A stretch of DNA of 64,000 bases, from the IMG/VR virus record IMGVR_UViG_3300045988_126140, positions 1 to 64,000 of that record. The stretch is one strand, 5' to 3'. Position numbers and translations under genes: made by a program. Position 1 is the first letter of the stretch. Each line of letters begins with the position of its first letter. Under the pieces are notes generated by a model, which was not told the origin of the DNA, searched no databases, and saw only the letters and a list, made by a program, of their open reading frames with translations. Below, piece by piece: positions 25,140 to 33,583 of the stretch. The DNA is from a virus.

Positions 25140-26726
25140 ATGGAATACAGATATAATAATTACCATAAACATGATTATTACACAAATGTAAGACAACTTG
25201 ATGTTGTTTGTAGCCCAATGGAATATATCCAGAGGGCTAAGGAATTAGATGGTGATAAAGCGATATTCTTCAGCACTAATCATGGATATCAAGGAAATAT
25301 ACACGAATATTACACAATGTGTAAAGAAAATAATATAAAACTTATAGCAGGTGTAGAGGCATATTATGTGTCTAATAGATTAGAAAAAGACAAATCTAAT
25401 TATCATTTAGTAATAATAGCTAAAAATAAAAATGGATATAAACAAATTAACAAAATAATGTCAGAAGCAAATATAAGTGGATTTTACTATAAACCCAGAA
25501 TAGATGATGAATTATTATTTAGTTTAAATCCTAATGACGTAATAATTACAACGGCTTGTGTTGCTTCAAGATTAAGAGATATTGAGGGTGCTGAAGACTG
25601 GATAATTAAAATGAAAAATTATTTTGGCAATAACTTTTATTTAGAAGTGCAAAATCATAACACTAATATTCAAAAAGAATATAATAAAAGACTTCTTAAT
25701 TATGCTAAAAAATATAATATAGAGATAATTCATGCAAATGACTCACATTATATTAAACCCGAAGATTCAAAATATCGAGACTTATTTTTAAGGGCAAAGG
25801 GTATTGTATATGAGGAAGAAAGCAATTTTATATTAGATTATCCAGATTATGAAACAATAGTAGAAAGATATAAGGTACAAGGTATTTTATCAGATAAACA
25901 AATCAAACAAGCTTTAGATAATACATTAATATTTGATAACTTTGAAGGAATAGAATTAGACGATGATATTAAATTACCTTCTATATCTAACAATCCAAAT
26001 AAGGAATTAAAACGAATATTAAATAATGAATTAAAAAAAATACCAAAAGAAGAAAGACAAGAATATATAAATGCTGTAAAATACGAATTAAATATAATAG
26101 AAAAAACTCATATGGAAGATTATTTTATTCTTGATTATCATATTGTTAAAAAAGGTATGAAAGACTATAACGGACTATTAACTAAAACTGGAAGAGGGTC
26201 AGCACCTTCATTTATCATAACTAAGTTTTTAGGATTAACGGAAATAGACAGACTAAAAGCACCTGTGCCATTATTCCCTACCAGATTCATGTCTATAGAA
26301 CGTATATTACAAGCAAAATCCTTACCAGATATAGATTTAAACTGTTGTAATCCAGAACCATTTATTAAAGCTACAGAAGATTTATTAGGAGCTGAAAATT
26401 GTGCATGGATGCTTAGTTTTAAACCTTTACAAAGAGCATCTGCATTTAGATTATATTGTAAATCTTTAGATATGAAAGTGTCTGAATATGACGAAGTAGC
26501 TAAGAATTTAGACGATTATATTGATGATATTAACTGGAAAAATATAATAGAAGAATCAAAACATTTTGTAGGAGTGATTGAAAGTATTTCCCCTTCACCT
26601 TGTTCAATGTTACTTTATACAAAACCAGTTGATGAAGAAATAGGACTTATAAAAACTAAAGATGGAATATGTGCTAATTTAGACGGCTATAATTGCGATA
26701 AATATAAATATTTAAAAAATGATTAA
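25140..26726 (+). CDS. dnaE: DNA polymerase III alpha (DnaE-type), exon 1: PHP domain plus palm start
   Basis: PHP N-terminus (YHKHDYYTN.., HLVIIAKN, HANDSHY). The ORF stops 1 codon after ..KYKYLKND, which is the KFD of the conserved KFDFLGL motif. Confidence 0.85.
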   Translation: MEYRYNNYHKHDYYTNVRQLDVVCSPMEYIQRAKELDGDKAIFFSTNHGYQGNIHEYYTMCKENNIKLIAGVEAYYVSNRLEKDKSNYHLVIIAKNKNGYKQINKIMSEANISGFYYKPRIDDELLFSLNPNDVIITTACVASRLRDIEGAEDWIIKMKNYFGNNFYLEVQNHNTNIQKEYNKRLLNYAKKYNIEIIHANDSHYIKPEDSKYRDLFLRAKGIVYEEESNFILDYPDYETIVERYKVQGILSDKQIKQALDNTLIFDNFEGIELDDDIKLPSISNNPNKELKRILNNELKKIPKEERQEYINAVKYELNIIEKTHMEDYFILDYHIVKKGMKDYNGLLTKTGRGSAPSFIITKFLGLTEIDRLKAPVPLFPTRFMSIERILQAKSLPDIDLNCCNPEPFIKATEDLLGAENCAWMLSFKPLQRASAFRLYCKSLDMKVSEYDEVAKNLDDYIDDINWKNIIEESKHFVGVIESISPSPCSMLLYTKPVDEEIGLIKTKDGICANLDGYNCDKYKYLKND

Positions 26727-27851
26727 TGAATAGTCGTCCATATAGGAAACTATGTGGAGTATGACACCTTAAACTGCTTGAAATCCCTAAAGCCTAATAT
26801 ACTACAACGTAAGATGTGAGTCTAAACGTGAATGTTGCGAAAGCAGAAAAAAATATTAGGATTGCCTATGCTGAAATAAAAGCCGTAAGGTGCTAAGGGT
26901 CGATTAATGGGTAACGAGCAGGGAAATAATGTTTGAATAGTAATTTAGAAATAGGAGTTGAGTTTTTTGCATAAAAGTAATGCAGGTTTTGATTTTTGGG
27001 ATAATGAAAAAGAACAGGTGTTAAATTTATATATTAATAAAGAACTGTCTGCCAATGAGATAAGTAAAATATATGGATGTAATGGAACTACTATTTCAAG
27101 ACAATTAAAGAGATGGAACATTAAAACTAGAAAAAGAAGTAATGCCAAATATAAAGTTGATAATAATTTTTTCTCAAATATAGATAATGAAGAAAAAGCG
27201 TATTGGTTAGGATTATTATTTGCCGATGGTCATGTATCTAAAGATGGAGTTTTAATGTTATGTATGAAAGATTTAGATATAATTGAAAAATTTAAAAAAT
27301 CTTTAAAGAGTGAACACCCTATAAAATACGATAAATATAATAACCCATATATAAATATACGTTGTAAACAAATATGTGAGGATTTAAGAAAAATAGGTTT
27401 TAACAATAGGAAAAGTTATGAAGTAGATTTTAATAAAATATTATCCTATGTACCCAATAATTTGTTGCATCATTTTGTAAGAGGTATGTTTGATGGTGAT
27501 GGGTCTATTAAAGTTTATAGATATGAATATCTAAATAAACCTCAATATCATTTTGGATATACGGGACTTAAAGAAGTTTGTGAATTTATTCAAGATTTTT
27601 TAAATTTTAATAATAAAATAATTAAAGAAGGAGAAGTTACTTACACCTGTAAAACAAGAAATTTAAATAAAATAAAAGAAATATATTACAAATTATATGA
27701 AGACGCACATATTTATTTAAACAGAAAATATGAAACATTTAAAAAGGAAATACTATAACTATTCAAACATTAACCTTCAAAGACTATAATAGGTGTATCC
27801 TAATAGGTAAAGCTAAGGATAAAGGAATAGTCTAGTCCGACTCTTAAATGA
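26724..27851 (+). mobile_element. group I-like intron with a LAGLIDADG ORF, interrupting dnaE (boundaries approximate, 3' end between 27840 and 27875)
   Basis: About 230 nt of relatively GC-rich, stem-rich sequence lies 5' (26727-26957) and about 100 nt lies 3' (27759-27870) of a free-standing endonuclease ORF. Polymerase homology resumes at GISYLTVNV (27876). Confidence 0.7.
26958..27758 (+). CDS. LAGLIDADG homing endonuclease (double-motif) with an N-terminal HTH
   Basis: WLGLLFADGHV and VRGMFDGDGSI. HTH-like ANEISKIYGCNGTTISRQLKRW. TTG start (26958, or in-frame 26967), no ATG available. Confidence 0.85.
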   Translation: MSFLHKSNAGFDFWDNEKEQVLNLYINKELSANEISKIYGCNGTTISRQLKRWNIKTRKRSNAKYKVDNNFFSNIDNEEKAYWLGLLFADGHVSKDGVLMLCMKDLDIIEKFKKSLKSEHPIKYDKYNNPYINIRCKQICEDLRKIGFNNRKSYEVDFNKILSYVPNNLLHHFVRGMFDGDGSIKVYRYEYLNKPQYHFGYTGLKEVCEFIQDFLNFNNKIIKEGEVTYTCKTRNLNKIKEIYYKLYEDAHIYLNRKYETFKKEIL

Positions 27852-29357
27852 GTGTTAAAGTATTGGGAAACCAACGGTATCTCGTATCTAACCGTTAACG
27901 TTTGGGATATAATAAGGAAAACTTGTAAATTGGCTAATATAGATATACCATCAATAACCGAAATTAATAATCTTTTAGATGATAAGACATGGGATATTTA
28001 TGAGAAAGGATTAACTTCGACTATCAACCAAGCAGACTCCAAGTTTGCTACGGATTTAATTAAAAAATATAAACCTAAAAGTGTGGCTGAAATGAGTGGT
28101 TTCGTAGCTTCTATAAGACCTGGCTTTGCATCTTTATTAGATACATTTATAGATAGGAAAGAATATACGACAAATGTAAAAGAATTGGATGAATTATTAT
28201 CTGAAAGTTATCATTTTATGTTATATCAAGAGTCAATCATGAAATATTTAATATGGTTAGATATTCCAGAATCAGAAAGTTATACGATAATTAAGAAGAT
28301 AGCGAAAAAGAAATTTAAAGAAAAAGAATTAATTGAATTGAAAGAGAAATTAAAAAAAGGTTGGTTAAATGTTGTTGGCAAAGAAGAAGGATTTGAAGAA
28401 ACGTGGAAAGTAGTAAATGACTCCAGTAAGTACGCTTTTAATGCTAGTCATTCACTATCTTATGCTTATGATAGTTTATATGGAGCTTATTTAAAATCTC
28501 ATTATCCATTAGAATATTATACTGTTGCTATGAATAACTATACTGGTGACGAAGAAAGAACAACTAGACTAACAGAAGAAATGAAACATTTTAACATTAA
28601 ATTAAAAAATCCTAAATTCCGTTATTCTAAAGGTGAATATTTTATGGATAAAGAAACTAACTCTATTTATAAAGGCATTTCCTCAATTAAATTTATATCA
28701 AAAGATGCAGGTGAAATTTTATATAATCTTAAAGATAATAAATATAATTCCTTCATAGATTTATTAATAGACATAGGAAATAAAATAAATAGTAAAAATA
28801 TAAATATATTAATTAGGCTTGACTTTTTCTCTGAATTTTCAACAATACCTAAATTATTAAAAGTATATGAATTATATCAAACTTTTTATGGTAAAAAACA
28901 AATATCTAAAGATAAATATCCTAATTTAAATAAAATATTTACTAAATTTGCTATAAAAGAGTCAGATAAAATGTTTAAATTCAATAATACATTACCTATG
29001 CTTAAATATATGGAATCTAAAGTAAAAAATAAAGAAAATAACACAGCACAACTTATACAAGACTATTTTGAATTTACTGGTAGCTGTGATATTAAAGATA
29101 AATCATTTGGTAACAAATATCTTGTAGTTGACATTGATACCAAATATGCACCTAAAATAACCCTTTATTCACTTTCTAAAGGTAAATCAACTACTATTAA
29201 GATATATAAAAAGCATTTTAAATTAAACCCTCTTAAACTAGGTGATATAATTGGCATAAAAGATGCACAATGGAAACATAAAAAGAAAAAGGTAGATGAT
29301 AAATGGATTCAAACTGAAGAGAAAGAACTTATAGTAGAAAGTTATAAAATTTATTAA
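27852..29357 (+). CDS. dnaE: DNA polymerase III alpha (DnaE-type), exon 2
   Basis: Colinear with the DnaE fingers/thumb: LTVNVWDII, FVASIRPG, MLYQESIM, FNASHSLSYAYDSLYGAYLKSHYP. The true exon start is unknown; homology begins by 27876. Confidence 0.85.
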   Translation: MLKYWETNGISYLTVNVWDIIRKTCKLANIDIPSITEINNLLDDKTWDIYEKGLTSTINQADSKFATDLIKKYKPKSVAEMSGFVASIRPGFASLLDTFIDRKEYTTNVKELDELLSESYHFMLYQESIMKYLIWLDIPESESYTIIKKIAKKKFKEKELIELKEKLKKGWLNVVGKEEGFEETWKVVNDSSKYAFNASHSLSYAYDSLYGAYLKSHYPLEYYTVAMNNYTGDEERTTRLTEEMKHFNIKLKNPKFRYSKGEYFMDKETNSIYKGISSIKFISKDAGEILYNLKDNKYNSFIDLLIDIGNKINSKNINILIRLDFFSEFSTIPKLLKVYELYQTFYGKKQISKDKYPNLNKIFTKFAIKESDKMFKFNNTLPMLKYMESKVKNKENNTAQLIQDYFEFTGSCDIKDKSFGNKYLVVDIDTKYAPKITLYSLSKGKSTTIKIYKKHFKLNPLKLGDIIGIKDAQWKHKKKKVDDKWIQTEEKELIVESYKIY

Positions 29358-29359
29358 TT

Positions 29360-29391
29360 CATAGGTAATTTTCAAGTTATAAATGTTAATA
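29360..29391 (+). promoter_or_regulatory. phage-specific promoter C6
   Basis: CATAGGTAATTT at 29360-29371 and TGTTAATA at 29384-29391. Confidence 0.65.
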
Positions 29392-29458
29392 TAGTAATAT
29401 AAGGAGGTGATAAAAATGTAAAATATTAATAAAAATAACAAATAAGGAGGAGAATAAT

Positions 29459-29812
29459 ATGTATTGTATTAAAAATATAGACCATATAAAAATAAACGAC
29501 TTATATTTAAGGACTATAAATGGTTATAAAATTTATAAAAAAGGAAAAGACGTATTATTATATATAGATAATGAAGTATTTACAAATGAAATAAGAAAAT
29601 TTTTATTAAGTGTTATTGTTAATAGTAATAATTTGTATAATATATCTATAGTAGAAACAACAATAGACGATATGGGTGTTACAAATAAATTAAAAACAAT
29701 TTTTCTATGCGAAATAGCAGAAGGTACAATATATGAAAAAAAATATGACGAAATATCATCTGTATTGCCAATATTCCGAGTAATAAATGTTTATGAAAGT
29801 GAGGTGGAATAA
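29459..29812 (+). CDS. hypothetical protein (117 aa)
   Basis: AAGGAGGAG SD at the end of a start-stop leader. Ends ..YESEVE inside the 41-nt repeat. Confidence 0.7.
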   Translation: MYCIKNIDHIKINDLYLRTINGYKIYKKGKDVLLYIDNEVFTNEIRKFLLSVIVNSNNLYNISIVETTIDDMGVTNKLKTIFLCEIAEGTIYEKKYDEISSVLPIFRVINVYESEVE

Positions 29813-29834
29813 ATGTTATTAAAAATATATGGAG
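29794..29834 (+). repeat. 41-nt direct repeat, copy A
   Basis: TGAAAGTGAGGTGGAATAAATGTTATTAAAAATATATGGAG. Matches 30097-30137 at 39/41. Confidence 0.9.
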
Positions 29835-30115
29835 TAATAAGTATTTTAAATATAATATTAGGATTAAAACTAAAAAATGATTTAAATAAAAATACAGAAT
29901 TTGTTGATGTGCTGTTAGCACATCAATTAGGAATAATAATATATGACAGACATATTAAACGAAAAAAAATAATAATAAATTCTATATTACCTATCTATAA
30001 CTTATTTACTTTAATTGAAAACAGTACGTTTTTTATATTTAATATATTTAAAGACAAAAATGGAAATAAAGCAATGTTAGAAGTATTAAAAGATTTTGAA
30101 AGCGAGGTAGAATAA
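29813..30115 (+). CDS. hypothetical protein (100 aa), bracketed by 41-nt direct repeats
   Basis: Starts MLLKIYG and ends ..FESEVE. Its 5' 22 nt and the upstream 19 nt recur at 30097-30137. Confidence 0.6.
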   Translation: MLLKIYGVISILNIILGLKLKNDLNKNTEFVDVLLAHQLGIIIYDRHIKRKKIIINSILPIYNLFTLIENSTFFIFNIFKDKNGNKAMLEVLKDFESEVE

Positions 30116-30137
30116 ATGTTATTAAAAATATATGGAG
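30097..30137 (+). repeat. 41-nt direct repeat, copy B
   Basis: TGAAAGCGAGGTAGAATAAATGTTATTAAAAATATATGGAG, exactly 303 nt downstream of copy A. Confidence 0.9.
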
Positions 30138-30166
30138 GTGATAATAATGGCAAAAGTTGTAGATAG
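30116..30166 (+). pseudogene. truncated second copy of the 29813 gene start (MLLKIYGG..), cut by the HNH cassette
   Basis: ATGTTATTAAAAATATATGGAG is repeated; the frame ends after 16 codons, inside the HNH gene start. Confidence 0.55.
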
Positions 30167-30926
30167 GACAGGAGAGAGAAATATCAATAATTTTGGAAGT
30201 GAAATAGTGATAACGGGTTGTAGAAAAGCCATAGATATAGATGTTTATTTCCCAGAGTATGATTGGATAGTTAGAAATGTGCAATATGGTAATTTCAAAA
30301 AAGGCAATGTTAAATGTCCTTATGAACCTAGTATATGTGGTATTGGATATATCGGAGAAGGTGAATATAAAGTTAGTGAAAATGGTAAAAAAACTAGAGT
30401 TTATAAAACATGGAGTGGTATGTTACAAAGATGTTATGATGAAAAATGTCAAGAAAAACATCCTACTTATAAAGATTGTAAAGTTAGTGAAGAATTTCAT
30501 AACTTCCAAGACTTTGGTAAATGGTTTGATAATAATTATTACGAAATAGAAGGAGAAAAGATGTGTTTAGATAAAGATATACTTGTTAAACACAATAAAA
30601 TATATTCTCCAGAGAATTGTATTTTTGTACCTCAAACGATAAATAACTTGTTTGTTAAAAAAGATAAAAATAGAGGTAATTCAGTTATAGGTACAAGTCT
30701 TCGTAAAAATAATAAATATATAGTATATTGTCAAATATTTAATCCAGAAACTGGTAAATCAAAAAATAAATATTTAGGTTTATATGAAACTCAAGAAAAA
30801 GCATTTGAGGTTTATAAATATTATAAAGAGAAAAACATTAAAAAAGTTGCTGACTATTTTAAAGAACAGATTCCACAAATCTTATACGATACTTTATATA
30901 ATTATGAAGTAGAAATAGATGATTAA
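30147..30926 (+). CDS. HNH/AP2-type homing-endonuclease-like protein (copy 6)
   Basis: Family signature. ATG 30147 lies after GGAGGTGA. An exact 15-mer starts at its stop. Confidence 0.8.
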   Translation: MAKVVDRTGERNINNFGSEIVITGCRKAIDIDVYFPEYDWIVRNVQYGNFKKGNVKCPYEPSICGIGYIGEGEYKVSENGKKTRVYKTWSGMLQRCYDEKCQEKHPTYKDCKVSEEFHNFQDFGKWFDNNYYEIEGEKMCLDKDILVKHNKIYSPENCIFVPQTINNLFVKKDKNRGNSVIGTSLRKNNKYIVYCQIFNPETGKSKNKYLGLYETQEKAFEVYKYYKEKNIKKVADYFKEQIPQILYDTLYNYEVEIDD

Positions 30927-30940
30927 AAATAATTAATAAA
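30926..30940 (+). repeat. 15-mer (exact)
   Basis: Starts at the last base of the stop codon of HNH copy 6. Followed by an SD. Confidence 0.95.
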
Positions 30941-30952
30941 GGAGGATTTATT

Positions 30953-31207
30953 ATGGATAAATTAGAATACGAAATAAACGTATTAAAACCAAAAGAAGGA
31001 GATATACTTTTATTTAGATATAAAACAATTGACGGAGAACCAATAGCTACGGACGAAGAACTTTCAGATTTTCATAATCGTGTTAGGAAAATATTCAAAG
31101 GAGACGTAATTACTGTACCAGATTATATAAACGTAGATTTGGTAGATAAAAAATTCTTAGAGGATTCAATAAAAGTTATGCAAGAAATGTTAAATAGCAT
31201 GGAATAA
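30953..31207 (+). CDS. hypothetical protein (84 aa)
   Basis: AAAGGAGGA SD. Flanked by exact 15-mers at 30926 and 31207. Confidence 0.7.
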   Translation: MDKLEYEINVLKPKEGDILLFRYKTIDGEPIATDEELSDFHNRVRKIFKGDVITVPDYINVDLVDKKFLEDSIKVMQEMLNSME

Positions 31208-31221
31208 AAATAATTAATAAA
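31207..31221 (+). repeat. 15-mer (exact)
   Basis: Followed by the thyX SD. Confidence 0.95.
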
Positions 31222-31237
31222 AAAGGAGAATGATAAT

Positions 31238-31975
31238 ATGATGAAAGTAAAATTAATTGGGAAATATGGAAACGTAGAAGAAGTGATAGCTATGGCAGGT
31301 AAATTATGTTATAGTCCTGTAGGTATAGACGAATTAGAAGAAGGTTTAACAGAAGATAAAATACAAGGTTTTATAAAAAGATTAATAGATATGGGGCATG
31401 AGTCTCCATTAGAACATTGTAGTTTTTCATTTGCAGTGGAAGGTGTTAGTAGAGCTTTAACTCATCAATTAGTAAGACATAGAATAGCATCTTATAGTCA
31501 ACAATCTCAAAGATATGTTAAGGAAGAAGAAGGTAAATTTGAATTTATAACTCCTAGCATAATTAAAGAAATGGGAGAAGATTATGTCAAAGAATACGAA
31601 GATGATATGCACTCAATTCATGCTATGTACTTAAAATGGCAAAAAAATATAAAACAATATGTTGAAGAAAATGATTATCCTACTTATGGTATGAATTCAA
31701 CTAAAGTGGCTAATGAAAATGCAAGATATGTTTTACCTAATGCTTCAGAAACTAAAATAATAGTTACAATGAATGTTAGAAGTTTATATAATTTCTTTAG
31801 TAAAAGATGTTGTAATAGAGCACAAGAAGAAATTAGAGAACTTGCAGAGAAAATGTTAGAAATATGCAGAGAAGAAGCACCATTGTTATTTAGTAAAATA
31901 GGAGCACCTTGTCAATATGGGTCTTGTCCAGAAGGTAAAATGAATTGTGGAAGTCCAAAAGAGAGATTAATATAA
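31238..31975 (+). CDS. thyX: flavin-dependent thymidylate synthase ThyX
   Basis: ThyX signature VRHRIASYSQQSQRY (RHRxxSxxxxSxR). Confidence 0.9.
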   Translation: MMKVKLIGKYGNVEEVIAMAGKLCYSPVGIDELEEGLTEDKIQGFIKRLIDMGHESPLEHCSFSFAVEGVSRALTHQLVRHRIASYSQQSQRYVKEEEGKFEFITPSIIKEMGEDYVKEYEDDMHSIHAMYLKWQKNIKQYVEENDYPTYGMNSTKVANENARYVLPNASETKIIVTMNVRSLYNFFSKRCCNRAQEEIRELAEKMLEICREEAPLLFSKIGAPCQYGSCPEGKMNCGSPKERLI

Positions 31976-31987
31976 AAGGAGAATGAT

Positions 31988-32729
31988 ATGATTGAAAAAA
32001 ATGTAATATATAACGAAGACTGTTTTTCTTTAATGGAACAAATGGTTGAAGAAAATTTCAAAGTAGATGTTATACTGACTCAAAGTCCTCCCTAACTTAT
32101 CTAAGGAGGACTACATAAATCTATTTCAACACTTTAATAAAATATTAATTGATAATGGAACAGTGTTAATTGAAATCCCATACGATAGAAAGAAACCAAG
32201 TTATGTATTTCAAATAATAAATGAAATAGAAATAAATACGGAATTTATGTTAGGTGACATTATATATTGGAATAAAACTGACATTCTTCCAGATAATATG
32301 AGTTGTAATCAATCAACAAAGAATGTATCACAAATACATTTATTTTGTAGAAAAAGCGAATTTAAAACTTACAAGACTAACAAAAAGGTTAAAAGTTTTA
32401 GAATAACAGGGCAAAAAACATATAGTAATATATCTAATATAATTAATGCACCAGTTAGAGACAAAGGTATTAAAACATTCAATCATAAAGTATTTTCAAC
32501 TGAATTAGTAAAAGAATTGTTATATAAATATGTGAAAAAAAGAGGAATTGTCTTTGATTGTTTTTGTGGTGTAGGTAGCACATGTTTAGCAACATTGGGT
32601 GAAAATATTTATTATATAGGAAGTGAAATAGATAAGAAACAATATGAATATAGTTTAATTAGAATTTTAAAAAGAAAACAAGAAATAAAGAAGGAGTATT
32701 ATAAAAATTATAAAAGAAAGAAGGAGTGA
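31988..32729 (+). pseudogene. N6A/N4C DNA methyltransferase (PF01555-like order: motif IV then I), frame broken inside SPPY
   Basis: Frame 2 reads MIEKNVIYNEDCFSLM..DVILTQSPP then TAA (32093-32095). Frame 3 continues NLSKEDYINLF..NGTVLIEI..VFDCFCGVGSTCLA (motif I). A 2-nt gap relative to SPPYNL would explain the break. Confidence 0.7.
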
Positions 32730-32733
32730 TGTA

Positions 32734-33510
32734 ATGGGGAGTAAAATTGACAGAACTGGTGAAGTGGGTCATAACACATTTGGTAGCAAGATGATAATTG
32801 TTGATTATAAAAAATGGAACGATATAGATGTTTATTTTACAGAATATGATTGGATTGCTAAAGGAGTACAATATCAAAATTTTAAAAAAGGAAATATTAA
32901 ATGCCCTTATGAAAGAAGTGTTTATGGAGTAGGATACATTGGAGAAGGTGAATATAAGACAAGAGAAAATGGTAAAATTACTAGAATGTATATAACTTGG
33001 CACAGTATGTTAAAAAGGTGTTATGATGAAAAATATCATGAAAAATATCCTACATATATCGGTTGTGAAATATCAGAGGATTTTCATAATTTCCAAAATT
33101 TTGCTAAATGGTATCATGACAATTATTATGAAGTTGAAGGAGAAAGAATGGAGTTGGATAAAGATATACTTATTAAAGGAAATAAAATATATAGTCCAGA
33201 GACCTGTATATTTGCACCACAAACAATTAATAGTTTGTTTACTAAATGTGATAATGCTAGAGGAGATTCAGTTATAGGTGCAAGTTTTGTAAATGGCAAA
33301 TATCGAGTGAGTTGTAATTTGATTAATCCAGTAACTGGAGAATCAAAAAGAAAACATTTAGGCTATTATGACACACAAGAAAAGGCATTTGAAGCCTACA
33401 AACAATTTAAAGAAAACTATATTAAACAAATTGCTGATTACTATAAAGAACAAATACCTATTAACCTATATAACGCTTTATATGATTATGAAGTTGAAAT
33501 AACAGATTAG
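32734..33510 (+). CDS. HNH/AP2-type homing-endonuclease-like protein (copy 7)
   Basis: Family signature. An exact 15-mer lies at 33511. Confidence 0.8.
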   Translation: MGSKIDRTGEVGHNTFGSKMIIVDYKKWNDIDVYFTEYDWIAKGVQYQNFKKGNIKCPYERSVYGVGYIGEGEYKTRENGKITRMYITWHSMLKRCYDEKYHEKYPTYIGCEISEDFHNFQNFAKWYHDNYYEVEGERMELDKDILIKGNKIYSPETCIFAPQTINSLFTKCDNARGDSVIGASFVNGKYRVSCNLINPVTGESKRKHLGYYDTQEKAFEAYKQFKENYIKQIADYYKEQIPINLYNALYDYEVEITD

Positions 33511-33525
33511 AAAATAATTAATAAA
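33511..33525 (+). repeat. 15-mer (exact)
   Basis: After the stop of HNH copy 7. Followed by P6. Confidence 0.95.
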
Positions 33526-33537
33526 TAAAAAATAGTA

Positions 33538-33566
33538 TTGACATCTATCGCCTTGTATGTTATTAT
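33538..33566 (+). promoter_or_regulatory. sigma-A-type promoter P6 (TTGACA-17-TATTAT) for the DGQHR gene
   Basis: TTGACA at 33538-33543 and TATTAT at 33561-33566. Confidence 0.6.
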
Positions 33567-33583
33567 TTATATGAGGTGATAAT

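Noticed and set aside
25140-29357. The two polymerase ORFs could be two separately encoded subunits (a naturally split DnaE) rather than an intron-interrupted gene.
   Set aside because: The break falls in the middle of the contiguous KFDFLGL..LT motif. Exon 1 runs into a stop one codon past the break, and exon 2 has no SD or ATG. The gap contains a homing endonuclease flanked by structured, less AT-rich RNA-like sequence. RT-PCR is still needed.
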